A stretch of 64,000 nucleotides of DNA from an uncultured Spirochaetota bacterium (GCA_963820525.1 CAWGAA010000001.1:1600001-1664000), one strand, 5' to 3'. Positions 39,562-50,483 are shown, counted from the stretch's first letter. Numbers and translations: made by a program. Notes: generated by a model from the sequence alone, not told the origin.

Positions 39562-40989
39562 ATGACGACCCTCGGCGTCCTTGTGGGAAACCGCGGTTTC
39601 TTTCCCGCCGAGCTTTGCGAGCGCGGCCGAAAAACCATTCTCTCCGTCCTTGCTGAGGAAGAGCTTCAGGCCGTTTGCCTGGGCACGAAGGACACGCACT
39701 ATGGCTCCGTGGAGACCTGGGAAGACACGAAAAAGTGCGCGCAACTGTTCGCCTCGCACCGCGACGCGATAGACGGGATACTGGTGACGCTGCCCAACTT
39801 CGGTGATGAACGGGCGGTTGCGGACGCCATCCGGCTGTCCGGCCTCCAGGTTCCCGTTCTCGTGCACGCCTTCCCCGACGAGCCGGGGAGGATGAACATC
39901 GAGAAGCGGAGGGACAGCTTCTGCGGCAAGATGTCGGCCTGCAATGTCCTCTCCCAGTACGGCATCCCCTTCACCCTCACGTCGTTTCACGTCATGGACC
40001 CCGAGTCGGAGGCCTTCCACGCCGATCTCCGCGATTTCGGCGGGGTCTGCAGGATCGTCAAGGGAGTGAGAAAGGCCCGCTTCGGGCAGATCGGCGCGCG
40101 GCCCGCCGCATTCGCCACGGTGCGCTACAGCGAGAAGCTCCTGGAGCGCATCGGCGTCAGCGTGGAGAGCATCGACCTCTCGGAGATTTTCGGCCGCGCA
40201 TGGAATCTCAAGGACAAGGATTCGGCCGTGGTCTCCAAGCTCGACGAGATCCGGGGCTACGTGAAAACGACGAAGATCCCCAAGGACTCGCTCTCCAAAA
40301 TGGCGAAGCTCGCCGTGGTGCTGGAGCAGACCATCGCGGAGCGCGAGCTTGCCGGCACGGCCATCCAGTGCTGGACCTCGATGGAGGAGAACTTCGGCGT
40401 CGTGCCCTGCACCGTCATGAGCATGCTCTCCAATGCGCTGTCGCCCAGCGCCTGCGAGGCCGACGTCATGGGGCTGTTAGGCATGCACGCAATGATGCTC
40501 GCCTCGGGAAAGCCGAGCGCGCTCGTGGACTGGAACAACAACTACGCCGAAGACACGGACAAGGGCGTCATCTTCCACTGCAGCAACATCCCCCAGGACC
40601 TGCTGGGCAAGAAGGGTACCATGGACTACCAGGAGATCCTCGCGGGAACGGTGGGAAAGGAACGGACCTACGGCGCCATCACGGGCCGCATCCGGCCCAC
40701 CGAGATAACCTACTGCCGCCCATCCACCAACGACGAGGCGGGGGCGGTCCGCTGCTACGTGGGGGAAGGGGAGATCACCAAGGACCCCATGACGACCTTC
40801 GGCGGCTTCGGGGTCGTGAAAGTTCCCCGCTTCCAGGCCCTGCTGAAGCACATCTGCAGGAACGGCTTCGAGCACCACGTCGCAATCAACCCCTCGCGCA
40901 TAGCGGCGGTCCTGGAAGAGGCTTTCTCGCGCTACCTGGGATGGGACGTGTACAATCACGATCGGGATGCGACCGGCGCGTCCGGCTGA
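39562..40989 (+). CDS. L-fucose/L-arabinose isomerase family protein
   Basis: GNRGFFP, LPNFGDE, RRDSFCGK, QCW, ACEAD, FHCSN and GFEHH; AGGAG RBS. Confidence 0.85.
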   Translation: MTTLGVLVGNRGFFPAELCERGRKTILSVLAEEELQAVCLGTKDTHYGSVETWEDTKKCAQLFASHRDAIDGILVTLPNFGDERAVADAIRLSGLQVPVLVHAFPDEPGRMNIEKRRDSFCGKMSACNVLSQYGIPFTLTSFHVMDPESEAFHADLRDFGGVCRIVKGVRKARFGQIGARPAAFATVRYSEKLLERIGVSVESIDLSEIFGRAWNLKDKDSAVVSKLDEIRGYVKTTKIPKDSLSKMAKLAVVLEQTIAERELAGTAIQCWTSMEENFGVVPCTVMSMLSNALSPSACEADVMGLLGMHAMMLASGKPSALVDWNNNYAEDTDKGVIFHCSNIPQDLLGKKGTMDYQEILAGTVGKERTYGAITGRIRPTEITYCRPSTNDEAGAVRCYVGEGEITKDPMTTFGGFGVVKVPRFQALLKHICRNGFEHHVAINPSRIAAVLEEAFSRYLGWDVYNHDRDATGASG

Positions 40990-41004
40990 GGAGGAGAGAA
41001 GCGC

Positions 41005-42696
41005 ATGGCGATTCAGGCGAAGGGTTCCCTCATCATCGGGATCGACTACGGCACCGACTCCGTTCGATGCCTGCTCATCGATGCGGCCGGCGGAAAGGAA
41101 GAAGCGGTCGAGACTGCAAGCTACCAACGGTGGGGCGCCGGCAGGTACTGTGACCCCGCGAAGAACCTCTTCCGCCAGCATCCCCGGGACTACACGGAGG
41201 GCCTGGAGAAGGCCGTCAAGGGCGCCCTGAAGCAGCTGCCCAAAACGGCGGCGCGCCGCGTTGCGGCCATCGGCATCGACACCACGGGATCCACCCCCTG
41301 CGCCGTGGACAGGAGCGGAACTCCCCTCGCCCTCACGAAGGGCTTCGAGGAGAATCCCAACGCCATGTTCGTGCTGTGGAAGGACCACACGGCGGTGCGG
41401 GAAGCTGAGCGGATCAACGAGGTGGCCCGGGGATGGGGAGGCACCGACTACACCAAGTACGAGGGAGGCGTCTATTCCTCGGAATGGTTCTGGTCCAAGA
41501 TCCTGCACATCCTCCGCGAAGATCCCCGGCTGCGGAAGGCCGCCTTCTCCTGGGTGGAGCACTGCGACTGGATGCCGGCCCTCCTCACCGGCACCACGGA
41601 TCCCCTCACCATGAAACGGAGCCGCTGCGCTGCGGGTCACAAGGCCCTCTGGCACGAGGAATGGGGCGGGCTTCCTCCCGACGATTTCTTTGCCCGCATC
41701 GACCCTCTCCTGAAGGGGCTTCGCGAGCGGCTGTACACCGAGACCTCTACCTCGGACGTCAAGGCGGGAGACCTCACGGCGGAGTGGGCGAAGCGGTTGG
41801 GCCTGGAGCCGGGGATCGCCGTCGCCGTCGGGGCGTTCGACGCCCACATGGGCGGGGTGGGAGGCGGAATCACGGAGAAGACCCTGGTGAAGATTATGGG
41901 CACCTCCACCTGCGACATGATGGTGGCGCGCCGCGCCGCCATCGGGACAAAGTGCGTCTCGGGAATCTGCGGGCAGGTGGACGGCTCCATCGTGCCCGGC
42001 ATGATCGGAATCGAAGCGGGGCAGTCCGCATTCGGGGACGTGTACGCCTGGTTCAAGGACGTGCTCTCCTGGCCCCTGGAGACGGTCCTCCCGCGCACCC
42101 GCCTCCTGAAGGCATCGGCCGCATTGGCGCTGCGAAAGGATATGGAATCCCGGCTCCTTGATACCCTGGCTGAAGAGGCGGAGAAGGTGGACCCGGGTGA
42201 TTCCACCCTTGTGGCGCTGGACTGGCTGAACGGGAGGCGCACCCCCTTCGCGGACCAGACCCTCAAGGGAGCAATCGCCGGGCTCAGCCTCGGCTCCACG
42301 GCCCCGAAGATCTATCGTGCGCTGGTGGAATCCACCGCTTTCGGCTCGCGCGCGATCGTGGATCAGCTCAGGAAGGAAGGTCTTGCCATCTCGGAGGTGA
42401 TCGCCCTGGGAGGGGTGGCGAAAAAGGGAGGATTCGTGATGCAGGTAACGGCCGACGTTCTGGGGATGCCCATCAAGGTGGCCGCCTCCGAGCAATGCGT
42501 CGCCCTGGGAGCCGGCATGCTTGCGGCTCGAGCGGCCGGAATCTACTCAAGCGTTACGGAAGCCCAGAAGAAGATGGGAAGCGGGTTCGACAAGAAATAC
42601 ACGCCGGACAAGAAGCGCGCCGCCCTCTACAACAAGCTCTACGGCGCCTACATGGATCTGGGAAAGAGCCTCGAGGGGCTTTTGCGCCGGCTGTGA
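41005..42696 (+). CDS. araB: Ribulokinase
   Basis: GIDYGTDSVR, LWKDHTA, YSSEW, RCAAGHK, MGTSTC, EAGQSAFGD and DWLNGRRTP. Confidence 0.93.
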   Translation: MAIQAKGSLIIGIDYGTDSVRCLLIDAAGGKEEAVETASYQRWGAGRYCDPAKNLFRQHPRDYTEGLEKAVKGALKQLPKTAARRVAAIGIDTTGSTPCAVDRSGTPLALTKGFEENPNAMFVLWKDHTAVREAERINEVARGWGGTDYTKYEGGVYSSEWFWSKILHILREDPRLRKAAFSWVEHCDWMPALLTGTTDPLTMKRSRCAAGHKALWHEEWGGLPPDDFFARIDPLLKGLRERLYTETSTSDVKAGDLTAEWAKRLGLEPGIAVAVGAFDAHMGGVGGGITEKTLVKIMGTSTCDMMVARRAAIGTKCVSGICGQVDGSIVPGMIGIEAGQSAFGDVYAWFKDVLSWPLETVLPRTRLLKASAALALRKDMESRLLDTLAEEAEKVDPGDSTLVALDWLNGRRTPFADQTLKGAIAGLSLGSTAPKIYRALVESTAFGSRAIVDQLRKEGLAISEVIALGGVAKKGGFVMQVTADVLGMPIKVAASEQCVALGAGMLAARAAGIYSSVTEAQKKMGSGFDKKYTPDKKRAALYNKLYGAYMDLGKSLEGLLRRL

Positions 42697-42829
42697 CGCG
42701 CCGCAGGGGCGTGACCCGGGAAATAAGCCGGGCCGCACAGCGCGGTTTGCTGAAGGAGCGGCCAGGCCGCAGGGGGGCAGAGAAGGAGAGGCGGCCGCGC
42801 CGCGTCATGCTGCCCCGGGAAGGAATGCT

Positions 42830-43300
42830 ATGAGGATTCTGGGATTCGGCAAATCAGACACGGAGAGCGTTTCGGAGTTCTGGAGCCGCACCGCTGAAAA
42901 GCGCGGCGGCCAGATCGGCCTGTGCACCTACGCAAATTACCTCGGCAGGACGCAAGACCAGATCCTCGAGCTTCCCGGCCTGCTGTACACGGTGGGCGAT
43001 ATGGTGTGGTTCGAGGACTTCGAAAAGAACAACTGGCTTGCCAGGCTGATTAACGTGGGCTCCAAGTATCAGAAGACCGAGCTGGGATTCCCCAGGAGCG
43101 AGGTGGAGTACACCCGCGTCGTGTCCCGCGGCGCCGCCCTGCGGTGCATCCGAGGGAGCGTCGACGCGAAAAACACGCGACCCCTCCTCTCGGCCGCAAA
43201 AATCTTCTTTACGCCCGTCGTGCAGATCAGCTTCACGGCGGGACACAGCCTCTTCTTCGAAGTTCTCAGGCAGAAGGAGCTCTTGGGCTTCCTGAAATAG
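42830..43300 (+). CDS. Hypothetical protein
   Basis: Native codon usage from ATG 42830, GGAAGGA upstream. Confidence 0.7.
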   Translation: MRILGFGKSDTESVSEFWSRTAEKRGGQIGLCTYANYLGRTQDQILELPGLLYTVGDMVWFEDFEKNNWLARLINVGSKYQKTELGFPRSEVEYTRVVSRGAALRCIRGSVDAKNTRPLLSAAKIFFTPVVQISFTAGHSLFFEVLRQKELLGFLK

Positions 43301-43343
43301 CGGGGGCGTGAGCCGCAAGCGCACTCGCGCCCCCATTGCGATA

Positions 43344-44468
43344 TTACTTTGCCCGAGCGGCCTGCTCGGCGATGATCTGGGACACCTTCTCATCGAACGA
43401 GTCCTCTATGCGCGATGCTGCCCTCTTCCTTGCCTCGCTTTCGAGGTAATCGGCACGGCTTAGCACCAGCTTGGAAAGCTTCGCGTTCAAGGCATCACGG
43501 GCGGCCTGCTGCTTTTTGACGTATGACTTCCGCTCGGCGGGGCTCAGGGAGCGCATCTCCGGCGGAAGCTCATCCGCCTTCAGCTTGGCCATGTCCACGG
43601 TCCCTTGAGCCAGGTCCGACACCAGGTCACCGCTTCCTTGAATGGCCTTTCCGCCGCTTTTCAGGTTGTACGCCGCGCGGTCCGCGGCCACGGAGGCGGG
43701 CGCGGCGGAGGCATTGGCCATCTTCGCCCTCGCCTCCTCCTGCCTCTCTCCCGTTCCGTAGGCGACGACGGTCCGGGAGATCTCGCCGCTCACCCGCGAG
43801 ATCTCGTCGTCGAACGGCGTGGTAACCATGGCCATGTTTCCGCTCTGGGCCAGGGCGACGTACGAGCCCTCGGAAAGCCGGGCAATCTCCTGCCAGATGG
43901 GCATTGTGTCGAGGTTGTCGCCGCACTGCACCGTGTCGATGATGAGGCCGCGCTTCACGGCCTCCTTGCATACCGCGGGGTAGGCGACGTCATTGACGTA
44001 GTCCATGTGAGGAGGAGAGTCGCCGACAAGGAAGACGATCTTTAAAACCACCGTGCCCTTGGTCCAGGACATCCTGGTCACCGCTTCGCGAAGCGCCTGG
44101 TTGACGCTCTCCGGGGTATCTCCGCCCCCGTCTGCCTGGAACGACTGGAGGTTGGCGAACACGGTGTCGATGTCGTCCGTCAGGTCGAAAAGCCTGGTCA
44201 CGTATTCGTCCCCCAGGTCCCGGTACGTCAAAAGGCCTATCCTCACCTCCGGGGTGGGCTTGCGGGAGATGATGTCGTTGGCGATGGACCAGATCTTCTG
44301 CTTTGCCCCCTCGATCAGGCCCGACATGGATCCCGTGGAATCCAGCACGAACGCCACCTCCACGCGCGGCCGCGCGGCCATGGGGTCCGCCGCAGCGCGC
44401 CCCGCGGGAACGGTAAGCGCGGCCGCTATGGCCACGGCCGCCCACGCACTACGAACGTTCATCCTCAT
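43344..44468 (-). CDS. Secreted VWA domain protein
   Basis: Signal peptide, MIDAS DSTGSM, GGGDTPES and VGDSPPH. Confidence 0.88.
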   Translation of the reverse strand: MRMNVRSAWAAVAIAAALTVPAGRAAADPMAARPRVEVAFVLDSTGSMSGLIEGAKQKIWSIANDIISRKPTPEVRIGLLTYRDLGDEYVTRLFDLTDDIDTVFANLQSFQADGGGDTPESVNQALREAVTRMSWTKGTVVLKIVFLVGDSPPHMDYVNDVAYPAVCKEAVKRGLIIDTVQCGDNLDTMPIWQEIARLSEGSYVALAQSGNMAMVTTPFDDEISRVSGEISRTVVAYGTGERQEEARAKMANASAAPASVAADRAAYNLKSGGKAIQGSGDLVSDLAQGTVDMAKLKADELPPEMRSLSPAERKSYVKKQQAARDALNAKLSKLVLSRADYLESEARKRAASRIEDSFDEKVSQIIAEQAARAK

Positions 44469-44481
44469 ACTGATTCTCCTC

Positions 44482-46827
44482 TCACTCTTCCCGAATGCTG
44501 TAGAGAGTATCGTCGACGACGATATCGATATTGTTTCCCAGGGAAAGCCAGCGCGAGGCCTTGGGGTGCGCGGCCAGAAGGGCGAAGAACTCCGGCGCCG
44601 CGAAGCGGATGTTTTTCTGCGTGAGCCTTGCCCGGCCTTGAGCCGTGGAATCCGTCCACACGCTGCCGTTCTGGTAGAACGCTCTCCCCTCGAGGACGCG
44701 GACCTGGCTGGCGTAGTTTCGAGATTGCTCTTCCCTATAGCCCAGGCGGGCCGAAGGGGAGGCGGGAGGCCGGGACGAGCCGGCGGGAGCCGATTTGGCA
44801 AGGCCGGCGCCGCTCGAGGTCTGGCCCATGTTCCAGCTGTCCTTCATCTGCGCAACGGCACGGGCGTTGTCAACGGCGGAGCGGCCGCTTCGGTTCGCCT
44901 CGGATGCCGCTTCCCTTCGCACGGAATCGATCTTTTCCTTTGCCGTATCGAGCGCCGCGCGATCCCGCTCCAGCTCCTGGAAGCTCCTGAGGTTGGCGGC
45001 CACGCCCCGGCGCTCCTCGTCTTCCACGATCAGGAGGGCCGTGTACGGGGTGACGATTCCATACTGCCGGGCAAGGCGGATGATCTCGTCCCGCAGCTCC
45101 GCGGATTCTCCGTGCAGGCGGACCTCATCGAGGAGCCATCCCACGCGCCGCGCCGCCCACAACCGGGGGATGAAGTCATTGGCGCTCCTGCTTTCGGGGA
45201 AGCTCACCTCGGCGGTGAACTCCCGCGCCTTGCCGTTCACCGACCCGCTTATCTTCGCGGCTGCCGGGCCTTTTCCCGAATAGCGGCCGAGCACAACCAG
45301 CATGTCGCCATTGAACAGGTCGGGAAGCTGGGCGGGGTACACTCCCGTCAGACGGATGGCCGGGTTGGAGAAGCTCAAGGCAAGCCCCGTGAGAACCGGC
45401 TCCCTGATTTTGGCTGCGAAGCCGGAAACCTTCAGTTCAATGTTCTCATCGGGAAGCACGTACTGGCTCACGGCGCGGGTAAGGCCGGAGATCCGATCCA
45501 GAAGGTGCGCGTTGACGTCGGTGCCCACGCCGAAGGCGAAGATGCGCACGCCCCTGCCGTCCCTTCGGACCCGCTCGACGATTGCATCCTCGCCCGTCTC
45601 TCCCACCGTCGGGAGGCCGTCCGTGATGAAGATCGTGTAGGAGGGACGCGAGCCGGTCTTGCCGGCGGCATCGCTTGAGGCGAGCGCCCGTGCCAGGGCG
45701 CCGTCGATGTCCGTGCCTCCGGCGGCGCGAAGAGAGTCGATGAACCGCCCAGCTTTCTCGAGGTTCTCTCGGGAGGCGGGGACGAGCGAATCGAAGAGGG
45801 AATCCGATTCGGTGGAGAATCGAACGATCGCGAACCTGTCCCCCTCATTCATGTTTTCCAGGCATTGCCGCAGCGCGCTCTTGGCCTGCGCGAGCTTCTC
45901 TCCCGCCATGGAGCCGGACGTGTCCAGCACGAAGCACAGATCCTTGGGGGTGACGGCGGTCTTGGAATCCGCTACGCCGGGAGAGGCCAGGAGCATGAAG
46001 TATCCATCCTCCCCGGGAAGCCGGTTCGCCATGAAGTCGATCGCGATGGGAGCGGGAGTGCGGGAGAAGATCACCCGGAAATCCGAGTCGGGCCTCACGT
46101 CCCTGGCCTCCCAGCCCACAACGGCCCTCCTCTCCCCATCCCGCCTCACTTCGGCGTCGTGGCTGGGGCAGTACACGCTTTTCAGCGCCTGCTCTCCGTC
46201 GATCGTCACGACGAGCGATACCTCGGCAAGGGGCGCCGAGCTGAACTTTTCCGTGTTCAGGGGGTAGACGTACTCGATGAGTCCCGCGCCGCTTTTCAAG
46301 AGCTGCGTATAGCCGATGCGGATGCGCTTTCGCGAGCGGGGCTCGATGGGGAACACCCGGACCTTGAACGCGCCGCGGCCGGCGTACTCCAGCAGGGCGG
46401 GATCCCGCATCTTCCTGACAATGCTCTCATACAGTGAGCGCGCCTGGTCCGCGGGAAGGAGCTCCGCCTCCAGGGGCTTTCCGTTCACGTCCATGGAGAA
46501 ACGGTCGATAGCCGCCCCTTCCGGCAGCGGGAAGATGTAGGTTCCCTCCAGCCGCGCGTCCGTGGGGTTGTAAAACTCCTCGTCCACGGAAGTGGATGCG
46601 ACAAGGCCCGTGATATTGGTCTTCACCCGGTGGTAGCTCACCGACAGGGGCGCGAAGGGGAAATGCCCCGGGATGCGGTGGGCCGGATCGTCGATGACGA
46701 TCAGCCCATCTGCGGAAAGCGGGGCCGGAAAAGCGAACGCCAGGAACAGCACGGCAGCGAACAACGAACAGCGGTCCGTGCCCGCGCGCCGGCTTTCCCG
46801 GTCGAAGAGATTCTTTCTTGCGCTCAT
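44482..46827 (-). CDS. Secreted VIT + VWA domain protein (inter-alpha-trypsin inhibitor-like)
   Basis: VIT (FYNPT..EGTYIFPLP, DPALLEY), MIDAS DTSGSM, FITDG, RLWA and IVTPYT; AGGAGG RBS. Confidence 0.9.
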   Translation of the reverse strand: MSARKNLFDRESRRAGTDRCSLFAAVLFLAFAFPAPLSADGLIVIDDPAHRIPGHFPFAPLSVSYHRVKTNITGLVASTSVDEEFYNPTDARLEGTYIFPLPEGAAIDRFSMDVNGKPLEAELLPADQARSLYESIVRKMRDPALLEYAGRGAFKVRVFPIEPRSRKRIRIGYTQLLKSGAGLIEYVYPLNTEKFSSAPLAEVSLVVTIDGEQALKSVYCPSHDAEVRRDGERRAVVGWEARDVRPDSDFRVIFSRTPAPIAIDFMANRLPGEDGYFMLLASPGVADSKTAVTPKDLCFVLDTSGSMAGEKLAQAKSALRQCLENMNEGDRFAIVRFSTESDSLFDSLVPASRENLEKAGRFIDSLRAAGGTDIDGALARALASSDAAGKTGSRPSYTIFITDGLPTVGETGEDAIVERVRRDGRGVRIFAFGVGTDVNAHLLDRISGLTRAVSQYVLPDENIELKVSGFAAKIREPVLTGLALSFSNPAIRLTGVYPAQLPDLFNGDMLVVLGRYSGKGPAAAKISGSVNGKAREFTAEVSFPESRSANDFIPRLWAARRVGWLLDEVRLHGESAELRDEIIRLARQYGIVTPYTALLIVEDEERRGVAANLRSFQELERDRAALDTAKEKIDSVRREAASEANRSGRSAVDNARAVAQMKDSWNMGQTSSGAGLAKSAPAGSSRPPASPSARLGYREEQSRNYASQVRVLEGRAFYQNGSVWTDSTAQGRARLTQKNIRFAAPEFFALLAAHPKASRWLSLGNNIDIVVDDTLYSIREE

Positions 46828-46920
46828 GGCCACCTCCTACCCCCAAGACTCTACTTCACGGGTTTCACGGAGGTGTCACCGAAAGGAAAAAGGAATGTAA
46901 AAAGAGTGTAAAACGCCCGC

Positions 46921-48318
46921 TTACAACCGGTACTTCTTCAGCTTCTGCGTCAGGGTCTTTCGCGTGATGTCCAGGTCCCGGGCAGTCTTGGACTTGTTGC
47001 CGCCGTTTCGCTTCAGGCACTCGGCGAGGATCCTCCGCTCGTAATGCCCGACCACCTTTTCCAGCGCGTCCTTCAGGGACGCCACGGAAGCCGGATCCGG
47101 CACGAGGTCCGCGGCGGGCCGTCCCCCGGACATTGCGGCGGGAAGCAGCGACGGGGCCGCCGGCGGCGAACCCGCGGCGAAGCTCCTTTCCCCCAGGAGC
47201 ACGATCTGATTGATCACGTTCTCAAGCTCCCGCACGTTGCCCGGCCAATCGTGGGACATGAGAGCCGAAAGGGTATCGGGGCCGAGGGGCACGGGCTCTC
47301 GCGCATACAGGGCGCCGTACTTGCTCATGAAGTGCTCGATCAAAAGGGGTATGTCGGCTTTCCTCGCTCTCAAAGGGGGAAGCTGGAAGGAGACGACATT
47401 GAGTCGATAGAAAAGATCCTCACGGAACCGGCCGTCGCGGATGAGGGTGGAGAGGTCCTTGTTGGTGGCGGCAATGATCCGAACGTTCACCTGGATCCGC
47501 TTTACCCCACCCAACCGCTCGAAGCTCGACTCTTCGATGACCCGCAGCAGCTTCGCCTGGGTTTCCAGCGACATATCGCCGATCTCGTCGAGGAACAGGG
47601 TGCCCCCGTCGGCAAGCTCGAACTTGCCGCGCTTTCTCTCCACGGCTCCCGTGAAGGCGCCCCGCTCGTGTCCGAACAGCTCGCTCAACAGGAGGCTCTC
47701 GGAGAGGGCCGCGCAGTTGATGCCGACGAACGTCGCCTCCCGCCTGTTGCCCGTGAAGTGGATATACCGGGCCAGAACCTCCTTGCCCGTGCCGCTCTCT
47801 CCCATGATGAGCACGGTGACGGGGTTGTCCTTCACCTTGTCCGCCTTGTCCAGGAGCTCCAGGAGGGCGGGGTCCCGCGCCACGAACCGGTAGGGAATGC
47901 TGCGGCCGACGAGCTCCTCCTTGAGGAAGCGGTTCTCCGTCTTCAAAGAGCGCAGCTCGAGGTTTTTTTTCACGGCCTCCAGGAGCTTCTTGTTGTCGAT
48001 GGGCTTCTGGAAGTAGTCAGCCGCGCCGCTTTTCAAGGAGGTGACGGCAGTGTCGACGCTGCCGTATCCCGTGATGACGATCACCACGAGGTCCGGCTCC
48101 AGGCGCTTGAGCTCCAGGAGCAGGTCGATGCCGCCCTTCCCCCCCTTGAGCCTGAGGTCCACCACGGCGGCGTCCAGCGGAAAGCGGGCCGCCTCGGCTA
48201 CCGCCGCGTCGAAGCTCGCCGCGGAATGGACGGTGAACCCGACCCTGGCGAAGAGGTTTTCAAGCCCATGCCGCAGCCCCTCCTCGTCGTCCACGATCAG
48301 GATTGAAGCGCCCGTCAT
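46921..48318 (-). CDS. Sigma-54-dependent response regulator (NtrC family)
   Basis: REC domain, GESGTGKE, GAFTGA, FLDEIG, WPGNVRELEN and Fis-type HTH. Confidence 0.95.
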   Translation of the reverse strand: MTGASILIVDDEEGLRHGLENLFARVGFTVHSAASFDAAVAEAARFPLDAAVVDLRLKGGKGGIDLLLELKRLEPDLVVIVITGYGSVDTAVTSLKSGAADYFQKPIDNKKLLEAVKKNLELRSLKTENRFLKEELVGRSIPYRFVARDPALLELLDKADKVKDNPVTVLIMGESGTGKEVLARYIHFTGNRREATFVGINCAALSESLLLSELFGHERGAFTGAVERKRGKFELADGGTLFLDEIGDMSLETQAKLLRVIEESSFERLGGVKRIQVNVRIIAATNKDLSTLIRDGRFREDLFYRLNVVSFQLPPLRARKADIPLLIEHFMSKYGALYAREPVPLGPDTLSALMSHDWPGNVRELENVINQIVLLGERSFAAGSPPAAPSLLPAAMSGGRPAADLVPDPASVASLKDALEKVVGHYERRILAECLKRNGGNKSKTARDLDITRKTLTQKLKKYRL

Positions 48319-50483
48319 GTCGCGGCTCCTTGCAGGAGGGGAAGGGAGACCTCCAGGCGCGCGCCTGCCCCTTCCCTGCTCCTCACCCTGATGGCCCCGT
48401 TGTGCTTGGCCACGATTCCGTACACGACGGAGAGGCCCAGCCCCGTGCCCTCGCCGTTTCCCTTGGTGGTGAAAAAGGGATCGAAGATCCGGGGGATGAT
48501 CTGGCGGGGTATCCCGGCGCCCGTATCGGCAATGGAAAGGAGAATCGCCTCCGCCCGGCTCGACAGGCGCGTGCATACCAGGATCCTGCCCGATCCCTCG
48601 ATGGCCTGGATCGAGTTCTTCAGCAGATTGATAACGACCTGCCGCAGCTCGTCGGGGTTGAAGGCGGAGAGGGGGAGATTCTTCCCCAGGCGCGTGGCGA
48701 TGGTGATCCTCTTCTCGTGCGCGAGCGATGTGCGCAGGAGCCCCACGGTCTGCTCCACGGCCGCGTTCACGTCGGAGCCCGGCGCTGGGCCGGACTCGGG
48801 TGAGGAGAACTTGAGGAGCTCCGTCACGATGCGGGCGATCCGCCTCGTTTCCTGCTCGATCCATTTCAGCGACACCTGGCGGTCGGGGTCCGTCTCCTCG
48901 TCGAGGAGATTCTGCACGTTGGTGAGGATCGAGCCCAGCGGATTGTTGATCTCGTGCGCCATCCCCGCGGAGAGCATGCTGATCGAGGCGAGCTTCTCCG
49001 CCTGGAAGATCTTCTGCTCCAGCTCCGTCTTGGCGCTGATGTCCTCGGCAATGAATACGCACCCCGTCGCTTCCGCCGAGGCGCCCTCGAAGCTGGAGAA
49101 GGGGTAGAGCTTGATCTCGTAGACCCTGCCGTTGGCGCTCCTCTTGACCTCGGTAAAGGATTCCTTCTCCTTGCGCAGGACGGCTAAGATTTTTTCCACG
49201 ATGCCCTCGTCCACGATGTCGATATCGAGCCACGTGAGCGGGGCTCCGATGATGTGCTTTCCGTCCAGGGCAAAACAGGAGATGAAGGCTTCGTTGGCCT
49301 TCTCCACCACCAGGCTCCTGTTGACGATGGCGATCCCGGCCTGGATGGAATGGATGATCTTCTCGTTGTACTCCTTCAGGAGCACCGTCTCGCGCAGATA
49401 CTCCTGCATCGCGGCCCTGTTCTGGGAGATTTCCCGCGCCATGTCGTCGAAGCCCGCCGTGAGCCTGCCGATCTCGTAGCCGCCCCGTTCTCCCACCTGG
49501 GTGTCATACGCGCCGCTCTTGATGCGGACCATGGCGGCGAGGAGGTCCGCAATCGGACGCGTGATGTTTCGGGAGAGAAAGAGGCTCACCACGATGGTGA
49601 GAAGCGCCCCTGCTACGGAGACCAGAAAGAGGGCGCGGCTCACCAGGAAGATCCTCTGGTTGTAGGGGTCGTTGGAGAGGAAGGTCCCGAGGTGGATTTC
49701 CCCCCCCATGGGCTGCCACGGCGCCGCCGCGTCGTTCGGCGCCCTTCCCAGCGCGCCGGTCCACTGGACGGCGATGTTGTAGCGGGCGCCGCCCACCTTC
49801 TCGTTGTACTTCTCCATGTACGCGCCCCGTATCCCCATCCCCTGGAGTGTGGGAACGGGGAGGTCTGATGGGAGGGAGCTGGACACGCAGCCGCCGTCCA
49901 GAAAGACGGCAACGCCCGACTTCCTGTTCAGGGTGAGCTGGTCGCAGAACTCCGAATCGATGCGCTTGAGGAGGAAGACGTTCATGCTGACGTTCGGCCT
50001 CACGTCGATGGTGGTCGCGCCCAGCATGCACAGAACGCCCCGGATGAGGGCGAACTCGATATGGGAATACTGCGGAACCGCGGAGAGGCCCTTGAAATCA
50101 CCCAGGTCGAAGGTGCTGTAGGTGACGGGGATGATGTGCAGGCTTCTGCTGCGGGGATAGCCGAGGATCACGTAGTCCACCTTGGACACGAAGATGAACT
50201 CCTTCAGCGCCCCGGTGAAATCCTCGCGCGGAGGGTAGCCCTGGAAATCGGCCAGCACGCGCGCCAGGCGGCGGTCATTGCTGATGCCCATGAGGCTGAT
50301 CCAGATCTGGCGTTTCCAGGAGTTGAAGCTGTCGTAGAGGATCGATGCCTCCCCGTCGAGCTCGCGCCGGGCGTCCGAAAGGTCCGCCTGCCGCGTCACG
50401 TTGGCCACCAGGAGAAGAGTCAGGATGGATTGAAACGCGATAACGCCGACGAAGAAGAGAAGCGTCTTTGAAAAAAGCTTCAT
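48315..50483 (-). CDS. Sensor histidine kinase (periplasmic sensor, HAMP, PAS)
   Basis: AHEINNPL, N box (NLLKNS), DTGAG and FFTTK..GTGLGL. Confidence 0.93.
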   Translation of the reverse strand: MKLFSKTLLFFVGVIAFQSILTLLLVANVTRQADLSDARRELDGEASILYDSFNSWKRQIWISLMGISNDRRLARVLADFQGYPPREDFTGALKEFIFVSKVDYVILGYPRSRSLHIIPVTYSTFDLGDFKGLSAVPQYSHIEFALIRGVLCMLGATTIDVRPNVSMNVFLLKRIDSEFCDQLTLNRKSGVAVFLDGGCVSSSLPSDLPVPTLQGMGIRGAYMEKYNEKVGGARYNIAVQWTGALGRAPNDAAAPWQPMGGEIHLGTFLSNDPYNQRIFLVSRALFLVSVAGALLTIVVSLFLSRNITRPIADLLAAMVRIKSGAYDTQVGERGGYEIGRLTAGFDDMAREISQNRAAMQEYLRETVLLKEYNEKIIHSIQAGIAIVNRSLVVEKANEAFISCFALDGKHIIGAPLTWLDIDIVDEGIVEKILAVLRKEKESFTEVKRSANGRVYEIKLYPFSSFEGASAEATGCVFIAEDISAKTELEQKIFQAEKLASISMLSAGMAHEINNPLGSILTNVQNLLDEETDPDRQVSLKWIEQETRRIARIVTELLKFSSPESGPAPGSDVNAAVEQTVGLLRTSLAHEKRITIATRLGKNLPLSAFNPDELRQVVINLLKNSIQAIEGSGRILVCTRLSSRAEAILLSIADTGAGIPRQIIPRIFDPFFTTKGNGEGTGLGLSVVYGIVAKHNGAIRVRSREGAGARLEVSLPLLQGAAT

